Source of the DNA: an uncultured archaeon
Lineage (GTDB): Archaea; Thermoproteota; Bathyarchaeia; Bathyarchaeales; Bathycorpusculaceae
NCBI GenBank assembly: GCA_963782915.1
Contig: CAWALK010000025.1
Span: forward strand, 1 to 64,000
DNA length: 64,000 nt
Reading direction: 5' to 3'
In this document: piece by piece, positions 56,053 through 64,000 of the stretch
Numbering within the stretch: the stretch's first letter is position 1
Layout of the letters: each line of letters opens with the position of its first letter
Notes under the pieces: model-generated
Told to the model about the DNA's origin: nothing
Seen by the model: only the letters and a program-made list of their open reading frames with translations
Database searches by the model: none
Translations under genes and position numbers: made by a program

Positions 56053-57455
56053 ACAACACCGCAACCAATAACCGCTTTACAGCGGTCGAAGTTCCAAAGC
56101 AAGAACCATTTGCACGAACAAAAAACTTCAAAGAAGTCGTTTTAGGCTACACAGAAGAACAAGCATTAACCGAAGCCTCCAGATGCCTAAACTGCGCCGA
56201 ACCAAAATGCGTTGAAGGCTGCCCCGTCGCAGTACCCATCCCCACATTTATCAAACTCATAAAACAGAACGATTACAGCGCCGCCATTAACAAAATCAAA
56301 GAACGCAACAGTTTACCCGCCATCTGCGGCCGCGTTTGCCCACAAGAAGAACAATGCCAAAAAAACTGTATCATAGGCAAAAAAGGTGACCCAGTCTCTA
56401 TCGGCAGACTCGAACGATTCGTCGCGGATTTGGAACGCGAAAGAGGCATCAATGTACCAGCAGTTCCGGCGTCTAATGGCAAAAAAGTCGCCATCGTCGG
56501 CGCAGGCCCAGCCGGCTTAACCGTCGCAGCAGACCTCGCAAAACAAGGCTACCAAGTTACCATTTTTGAAGCGCTTCACAAAGGCGGCGGCGTCCTAGTC
56601 TATGGCATCCCGGAATTCCGCTTACCAAAACAGATTGTACAAGCAGAAATTGATTATATCACAAAATTAGGCGTCAAATTCCAACCTGACTTCTTAATCG
56701 GCAGAATATTCACAATCGATGAATTAATCTCCAAAGGCTACGAAGCCGTCTTCATAGGAACAGGCGCTGGCTTACCAAAATTCCTCGATGTTCCAGGAGA
56801 AAACCTCAACAGAATATACTCCGCCAACGAATTCCTAATACGCGTCAATTTAATGAAAGCTTACTCTTTCCCACAATCAAAAACCCCCATCCGCGTCGGC
56901 AAAAGAGTCGCAGTAATAGGCGGCGGTAACGTTGCGCTGGACTCCGCACGGTGCGCATTACGTTTAGGCGCCGAAAACGTTACAATATTCTATCGACGCA
57001 CAAGAAACGAAATGCCTGCACGTGAAGAAGAAATTTCCAACGCCGAAGAAGAAGGCATCTACTTCAAATACCTAAGCACACCCATCAAATTCATCGGCGA
57101 CGAACAAGGCAACGTCAAAGCCATGGAGACAATCTCTATGAGGCTCTGCGATGCAGATGATTCCGGAAAACACCGAGTCTCCCCCATCGAAGGCTCAGAA
57201 GTAACCATGGATGTGGACACTGTCATCGTTGCTATAGGACGCACACCCAACCCCATTATTCAGGGCACAACTCCCGGGTTGAAAACTTTGAAGGGCGGCA
57301 TAATCGCCAGTGACGAATCATTCAAAACCAGCTTAGAAGGCGTCTATGTTGGCGGAGACATAGCAACCGGCGAAGCCACAGTCATCAGCGCCATGGGCTC
57401 AGGCAAAGTCGCAGCTAAAAGCATACACGCATACCTCTCAAAACCCAAAGAATAA
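56031..57455 (+). CDS. nfnB: NfnB/SudA (GltD-like) large subunit
   Basis: RCLNC...CVEGCP, CGRVCPQE, GAGPAG, YGIPEFRLP, GGGNVALD. Confidence 0.92.
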   Translation: MSMSRTLNNTATNNRFTAVEVPKQEPFARTKNFKEVVLGYTEEQALTEASRCLNCAEPKCVEGCPVAVPIPTFIKLIKQNDYSAAINKIKERNSLPAICGRVCPQEEQCQKNCIIGKKGDPVSIGRLERFVADLERERGINVPAVPASNGKKVAIVGAGPAGLTVAADLAKQGYQVTIFEALHKGGGVLVYGIPEFRLPKQIVQAEIDYITKLGVKFQPDFLIGRIFTIDELISKGYEAVFIGTGAGLPKFLDVPGENLNRIYSANEFLIRVNLMKAYSFPQSKTPIRVGKRVAVIGGGNVALDSARCALRLGAENVTIFYRRTRNEMPAREEEISNAEEEGIYFKYLSTPIKFIGDEQGNVKAMETISMRLCDADDSGKHRVSPIEGSEVTMDVDTVIVAIGRTPNPIIQGTTPGLKTLKGGIIASDESFKTSLEGVYVGGDIATGEATVISAMGSGKVAAKSIHAYLSKPKE

Positions 57456-57481
57456 AGAAAACGCCATTAAAGGCGTAATTT

Positions 57482-58526
57482 CTATCTTTCATACTCATAT
57501 TCTAGTTCAGGGGAAGCCATCTTAAACGCACGGTTCACAGCGATTTCTGCAATGCTAAAAGTGCAATGACTGAATTCGTTTTATGTTGTCGCGGATGGAG
57601 CAGATGCCGCATACCAATTCCGCGCTTTTCTGGGCACCCGTAAACGCTTTAGAGGTGATTTCCACGTCGAGTTTTTCGAGTTTCTGGCGATGCTTCATTA
57701 TCCCCACTGCGGCGTTAACGTCTTTGGAGAAAAACGCCTGTACCGATTTTACATAGAGGTCCGCTACTTCTGTGCCGGCACTGATCATTAGCGCCAATAC
57801 GTCGTCGGGTATGGTTAGTTTTTCGCCGTTGAGCATTATTATGTGCCGTGTGATTTCGGCGGCGTAGTCGGAGGCATGTTCCATGCGGGAAACCAGCATA
57901 TGATGATCCATGCAATCCAACGGGTCAACATGCAATTCATTAGCTAAATGCGGGTCTTGGGCAGCGTTGCGCAGCATTCGGATGATGAAGAATGCAAAAT
58001 GATCAACGTCGTCGTCAAGGGAATACGAAGATTTAGCCAACGCAACATCGTTGTTTTTTAATGCGGTGAAGGCGCCTTCGCACATTGAACGCGAAATAAG
58101 GTGCATGCGTTGAACCGCTTGCTCAAGTGAAGCTTTGGATTCATCCATTAAGCTTTGGATATAGACGCATTTTGGTTCTGCCTCCATAACTCGCATGTAA
58201 AGCCGCCCGGCCATGTTGCGGATGGCTTTTGTTTGGGGAACCGTGAAAATGTTTTCGGATGAGAGCATGATTCCCGTGTACCCGTTTAGGTAGGCGCCTA
58301 ACACTTTTTGTGTTATTAGGATTTCTTCCTCGTTTTGCCCTACGCTGAGCGTTATTTCTTTCATTTCCGATTTTTTGAGGGTGCTGGGGTATATGACTAG
58401 TGAGCGGTCCCGTTGGATGGTAAAGGAGACGGTTTCGCCTTTTTTGAGGTCGTTTAGTTGCATCCACTCTTTTGGCAAAGAAATTACCAGCGATGATTTG
58501 CCCAGAGACATAATTTTTCTTTCCAT
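57482..58526 (-). CDS. phoU: AbrB-PhoU phosphate uptake regulator (frameshifted C-terminus)
   Basis: RKIMSLGKSSLVISLPKEW, DDDVD, RMEHASD. Confidence 0.88.
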
Positions 58527-58631
58527 GCTACCCCACAATCCTCAGATATTAACTGTTAATACATCTATTACACTGAGAAATTAAATATATATTATTCTCT
58601 AAAAAACACACTTGCGGGCAGCTTTTTGTGT

Positions 58632-60252
58632 TTAGTGTCCTCTAAACTTCAAAAAGTAAACTGCGCCACCAACCGCCAAAGCAACAACCAACCCAATAAC
58701 AATAAACATCTGATACTTCACATAAATCGGCGGCTCATTTACAGTAAAAATCAACTGATCCCCATCACATCCCCAAGCCGTCTTAGATTCAAGCGAACTA
58801 GCCGCAATAGCCCACTCCCCCAAACCTGCAGGCGCAAAATTCGCTGTAAAAGTTCCATTCGCCGCCACTTCACACGTCAGGCTTTCGGTTGCGTTGGCGC
58901 TGAAAAATTGAAGTGAAATTCTAGAATAATTATCGTTAGGTGATAGGGTTCCGGTGATGGTGAGGTTTTGGCCCAATAATACTGTATCTTTAAGCAGGTA
59001 TATGTCGAGTGTCGGTTGTGTTTTAACGGAGTAAGTGTCTGTGGTTTCTAAATGATTCTTTATCACATCGTCAGCTGACACTCTATACTGCACTGTAGCG
59101 CCGGCTTTTTGGCCCGGTATGGTTGCGTTGCAGGTTCGATTGCTAACAATCATCGGGATCAACTCCACAGTTGCCCAATCATCAACTGAATAGGTTAGGT
59201 TGGCTTTTTCAAGTGCTGGACCGCTGGCTTTATACACGATTTTTACGGGGGCATTAGGGAGAACTCTGCTTGCTGTGCCTACTTGCGATAATGTGCTGTT
59301 GGAAAAATCCGTTTTCATCATGAATTCAACGTTGCCTGACCCTTCCTCGCCGATGAATACTAAATGATAGAGGTTCAACCCAGTATTGGCTGAGGTGTAG
59401 TTGAGGAACATGTCTTGTCCCTTGTTTTCACAGCTTGCATAGGTTACGCCTCTGTAGCCTTCAGTTTCAAAGTTGTAACCGCCCACAACGCCGCTTACGT
59501 TGCCATATAAACCTGATTCCACTGGAAGCGGAAAACCGTTTATGCTGGGCGAGTTTTGGTTATTCATAAGGTAGAGCCTAGCTTCATACATGTCAAGGGT
59601 GTCTGGAATTTTAAGGTAAACCTCCAATTTGGATTCGTTAGTTACAAATTCAAACGCTGACGTGGTATGGAGCAGCGATGCGCTGTCCTCTGCCTTGCCC
59701 TCGACAGGTGCAGTGTACCATTTGTTGCATTCCAAATTCTCAATAATCATAAAGGTTGCTTGCTGATCCCCCGCGCTTTCGCGGGCATCATTCTTAATTA
59801 TGAACGTATAGTTGCCCGTTTGTTTTGGCGTAAATAGGTTATCGTTATCTTGTGAGCTTAAATGTTCGGGATAACCTGCTGCTTCCGTATGTGAACTCAC
59901 GGAGTTTCCTGCAGGATCAGAAACATAGATGTCATAATCTGTTTTTGCAGTTGAAGATGTGCTTACCCAGGAGCCGTAGCAGTAAATGTGGTAGTTGTGG
60001 TTGGCTTCTAGGGGGCAGGTTATTGTCCAGCTTTGGCCGACTTGTATCTGTGCATTGTTTATGGTCAGGGGGAAGATCGGTTTGTCGATGTAGGTGATGT
60101 TTTCTCCGGGGGGTGAATGGACGAATTGTTGGTATTCTGTGGTACTTGTTAATTGTAGGCCGGTTGTTTGGGCTATTATGAAGGGGCTTATGGTTAGGAG
60201 TAGTATTACTATTATTGGTGCTGTGGTTTTGTGGGTGGTGGTTGGTGTGCAT
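58632..60252 (-). CDS. secreted multi-domain surface protein with C-terminal TM
   Basis: Frame open upstream of the called start to a signal peptide (PIIVILLLTISPFIIA); start approximate. Confidence 0.7.
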
Positions 60253-60598
60253 GCTATAGCCTGGTCTGGTTTGGTGTTATAGTGTGTGTAGGGTGGATTA
60301 ACGGTTATGAAGGCTGAATCTGTATTTTGGAGCTGCCTTTTTTGTGGGTATGGTGAAGGGTTGTTTGTTGGGAAAACTTGGTTTGTTTTTTGGCACTGAA
60401 GTTTGCTGTAGGGTTTATTGTTGATTCAGATTCAAGAGTTGGTTTTCAAAGTAGTATATTGTGTATTAAATCATGCTACAGAAGATATTTATAAGAAAAA
60501 CACCCACTTGTGTTTTCAAGTGAAAGTAACATGACAAACCCACACATAAAAAATCAAGCTAAAAAAATAACCCGCCAACAGACGGAGGTGAACTGAGA

Positions 60599-61213
60599 AT
60601 GAACTATAACACATACCGACGCTTCATGAAAAACAAGTACGCACTTAGCACCGTCGTAACAACCCTAATTATCCTCGTAATTTCCGTGCTGTTGGCAAGC
60701 GTAGTAACCTACTTCGCCATCAACGTCGTAAGCACACGTGTCCAAGAAGAAAGCTTACACCTAACCAAACAGCACCTATGGCACAACGCAGCCGCAGCCG
60801 CCGGAGACGCAAACTACTCCATCGCTTCACTCATGGTCATCAACACCGGCGGTCGAGACATAGTCATCGACAAACTCGCAGTCAGAGGACAAGAAAGCCC
60901 CTGGAATGACCAAACAAACACAAAATTCGTCCTATACACCATCACCACAAACCCAATCGCCAACGACCTACCATTCGTCGCAAACTTCACCGCAGACGAC
61001 AACAACGAACTATCCTTCGGAGGACAAGATTACGACTTTAGCCTCGCAGTAAACGACCTCGTCTTACCATCAGGATACACCATGGTCCTCTACATCATCA
61101 ACCCAGACTCAATCACCATCAACGACATCGGCCTAACCGTATCAATCACACTCTACACAGCACAAGCAATGTACTACCGTGAAGCAAACGTGCAAGCATA
61201 CTGCCCAGTTTAA
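60599..61213 (+). CDS. type IV pilin-like protein 1
   Basis: Class III-like signal KNKYA/LSTVVTTLIILVISVLLA. Confidence 0.8.
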   Translation: MNYNTYRRFMKNKYALSTVVTTLIILVISVLLASVVTYFAINVVSTRVQEESLHLTKQHLWHNAAAAAGDANYSIASLMVINTGGRDIVIDKLAVRGQESPWNDQTNTKFVLYTITTNPIANDLPFVANFTADDNNELSFGGQDYDFSLAVNDLVLPSGYTMVLYIINPDSITINDIGLTVSITLYTAQAMYYREANVQAYCPV

Positions 61214-61352
61214 ACCTAAAAGAGATTTTTCTCTCTTTATCTTTAACTTTTTTAATCAATTCTAACATAGCAAGCGTGTAGTGAATTTTTTTTACACACA
61301 AGCCCACATATCCCAAAAAAAGTGTAAGAGTTTCCTTAAGTGAAAAATAAAA

Positions 61353-61971
61353 ATGCGAAATATATTGAAGAATCGTTTGGCTCTAAGTACAGTCGTTACA
61401 ACACTAATTATCCTAGTTGTTTCAGTGCTTCTCGCAGGCGTCGTCACATACTTTGCAATCAACGTTACCAGCACACGTGTGCAAGAAGAAAGCTTGCATT
61501 TAACCAAACAACATGTTTGGTACCAAGCGACTGGTACTGCAGCAATCTGTTGCAGCTCATCATGATCATTAACACTGGTGGTCGAGATGTCGTCATCGAC
61601 AAATTGACTGTTAGAGGCCAGGAAGTTGCATGGAACGGTACTACACAAAAAGTCTTCTTATGCAATCACTACTGACTCCATATCAAGCTGACCTTACATT
61701 CCACACCGCTAGCACAATTGCCAATGCTGATCCAGTTGACCTACAAGATGACTTGACAGAACTCTCGGGAGCTACAGACCTAGGCGGAGCCGCAAATGAC
61801 TTAACATTGCCCTCAGGTCAAACCATGATCATCTACATCACAAGCCCTGACAGCGTTACCATCAACGACATTGGCTTAACAGTTGCAATCACTGTGTTCA
61901 CATCACAGGCAATGTACTACAAAGAGACAAACGTTCAAGCATACGTACAGAGCATAATAAATTCAGAGTGA
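61353..61971 (+). CDS. type IV pilin-like protein 2 (frameshifted)
   Basis: KNRLA/LSTVVTTLIIL; C-terminal SPDSVTINDIGLTV...YYKETNVQA. Confidence 0.8.
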
Positions 61972-62022
61972 TTAGACCCCCCACAAAGTCTATTCCCTCC
62001 CCCATTCTTCTTTCTTTTAAAA
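61959..62022 (+). repeat. conserved pilin 3' trailer, copy 1
   Basis: aaattcagagtgattagaccccccacaaagtctattccctcccccattcttctttctttt. Confidence 0.85.
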
Positions 62023-62170
62023 GTTCAAAAATTTCTAGAAAACTTTGCCATTAATTGATTGGCTATGCTGACCTGCACTGTTCTTGGCAAAAGGCAAGTA
62101 TCTGTAATTTTTTTTACACACACAATAACATATTCAGTATATGAGTATTGATACTTTAAGTGAAAATAAA

Positions 62171-62765
62171 ATGCGAAATATACTGAAGAATCGTTTGGCT
62201 CTAAGTACAGTCGTTACAACCCTAATTATTCTCGTCGTTTCAGTGCTTCTCGCAGGTGTCGTCACATACTTTGCAATCAACGTTACAAGCACACGCGTCC
62301 AAGAAGAAAGCTTACACTTAACCAAGCAACATGTATGGTATAATGCGGCTGACGGCGGTGTCTCAGTTGCAGCTATTATGATCATTAACACTGGTGGCCG
62401 TGATGTCGTTATCGACAAATTAGCCGTCCGAGGCCAAGAAGTCGCATGGGCAGGGAACCAAAAAGTCTACTACGTCAATACTACAACCGATACCATATCT
62501 CAGCTGACCTATCCTACGTAGCCAAGCGTCAGCAGGCAAAGACTAGCACAGAACATTAGGTTTAGAGGCAACACCATCGGCAACTTAGATGCAACTACAA
62601 CTGATCTTACTTTGCCCTCAGGTGAAACCATGATCAGTCTACATTACAAGCCCTGACAGCATCACCATCAACGACATTGGCTTAACAGTTGCAATCACTG
62701 TCTTCACATCACAAGCAATGTACTATAAAGAGACAAACGTCCAAGCATACGTTAGTAAAATAAAT
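62171..62765 (+). CDS. type IV pilin-like protein 3 (frameshifted, end approximate)
   Basis: Same N- and C-terminal blocks as protein 2. Confidence 0.8.
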
Positions 62766-62768
62766 GAT

Positions 62769-62830
62769 AAATTCAGAGTGATTAGACCCCCCACAAGTCT
62801 ATCCCTCCCCCACTCTTCTTTCTTTTGAAA
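62769..62830 (+). repeat. conserved pilin 3' trailer, copy 2
   Basis: Near-identical to copy 1. Confidence 0.85.
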
Positions 62831-62960
62831 TAAACTCTTGATATCCGAAATTTATCGTTCTATCAATATACTACTATTAAACAACTGTTATCTGTAATTT
62901 TTTTTACACACACAATATCATATCCATAACAGTCGTATTGTACTTTTAAGTGAAAAATAA

Positions 62961-63551
62961 ATGAGAAATATACTGAAGAAATCGTTTGGCTCTAAGTACA
63001 GTCGTTACAACCCTGATTATTCTCGTCGTTTCAGTGCTTCTCGCAGGTGTCGTCACATACTTTGCAATCAACGTTACAAGCACACGCGTTCAAGAAGAAA
63101 GCCTACACCTAACCAAACAACATGTATGGTACAGTGCGGGCAACAGGCATTACACAATTGCAGCAATTATGATCATTAACACTGGCGGTCAGAGACGTAG
63201 TTATAGACAAATTGACAGTCCGCGGCCAAGAAGTTGATTGGGACGGAACATCACAAAAAGTCTCCTATGTAATAACTGACAAATCAATATCAAATGACCT
63301 CGAATTCGTAGCCTCAGACCAATCTCAACCCATGACGTTGATGACGTTCTAGGCGTTGACGTTGCATGCTCTAAACAGCTGCAACCACTGACCTCACATT
63401 GCCATCTGGCATGAACCGCATGATAATCTACATCACAAGCCCAGACAGCGTCACTATCAACGACATTGGCTTAACAGTTGCAGTCACTGTCTTCACATCA
63501 CAAGCAATGTACTATAAAGAGACAAACGTAGAAGCAAACCTATCATCATAA
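62961..63551 (+). CDS. type IV pilin-like protein 4 (frameshifted)
   Basis: Same N- and C-terminal blocks; ends VEANLSS*. Confidence 0.8.
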
Positions 63552-63556
63552 AATGC

Positions 63557-63620
63557 AAATTTAGAGTGATTAGACCCCCCACAAAGTCTATTCCCTCCCC
63601 CCACTCTTCTTTCTTTTAAA
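63557..63620 (+). repeat. conserved pilin 3' trailer, copy 3
   Basis: Near-identical to copy 1. Confidence 0.85.
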
Positions 63621-64000
63621 AACCTCAATCTTACAGGTTAAGCGCTTTGGCTATCCTTAATCATTACAATTTCTATGTTGACAAAATTTAATCGCAAGCT
63701 GTATCAACGCAGCACTTTTGCTGTTCTGCTTGTAGTTTACTCCTCAACCAGCCTGCAACCAGCCAGACTAAAAACGCCAGAAACCAAAGGACGACAGGCA
63801 TCGCCATACTTCCATACAGACCCCTGGTTGTAGTTGAGTATAGGGGCTCTCTCGCAACAACACCTAGAAATCATGCATTCAATCAGATTTTAACTGATAT
63901 AAGGAGGTTCGCCTAGCAGAGCAACTAACGCTACCGATATGAGCTTTCTATCTGCGCGGTCTCACTTGCAAGCGCTAAAGCCAACCAATCGCTCCACTGG

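Noticed and set aside
60599-63620. Diversity-generating retroelement or CRISPR explanation for the repeats
   Set aside because: No reverse transcriptase or cas gene in the window; differences include indels and are not adenine-specific; the period is ~800 bp.
63935-63958. CGATATG...CG 24-mer near the window end as a ModE box
   Set aside because: The right half is poor and GC-rich, and no gene context is visible.

Overview
Archaeal chromosomal window, most likely Bathyarchaeia (inferred from archaeal EF-1alpha, fwdDBAC, short XPF, type IV pilin-like genes and a Zn-ribbon tyrosine integrase). Many genes, including housekeeping ones (eno, fwdB, nfnA), are broken by 1-bp indels, which points to an uncorrected long-read assembly; split ORFs are merged below and their ends are approximate. 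Layout: (1) 1-12.8 kb, an accessory region with kaiB-kaiC-kaiB-kaiB, two histidine kinases and an atypical integrase abutting EF-1alpha; (2) 14-34 kb, mixed genes, tRNA-Pro(CGG) followed by degenerate tRNA 3' halves, and a candidate structured RNA before enolase; (3) 35-57.5 kb, a Mo/W-S/Se neighbourhood (fwdDBAC, fdhD, mobAB, LysR/DsrE/TusA/double-cubane protein/SelD, nfnAB); (4) 60.6-63.6 kb, four tandem pilin-like genes with variable cores. Best leads: three 24-bp ModE-type palindromes that link an ECF S-component, two membrane-anchored molybdopterin-domain proteins and a secreted phosphoesterase (a possible Moco/W-pterin salvage system); the SelD-double-cubane operon; a dispersed ~40-bp intergenic repeat; and the ~160-nt RNA hairpin. 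All calls come from reading the sequence; no database searches were run.
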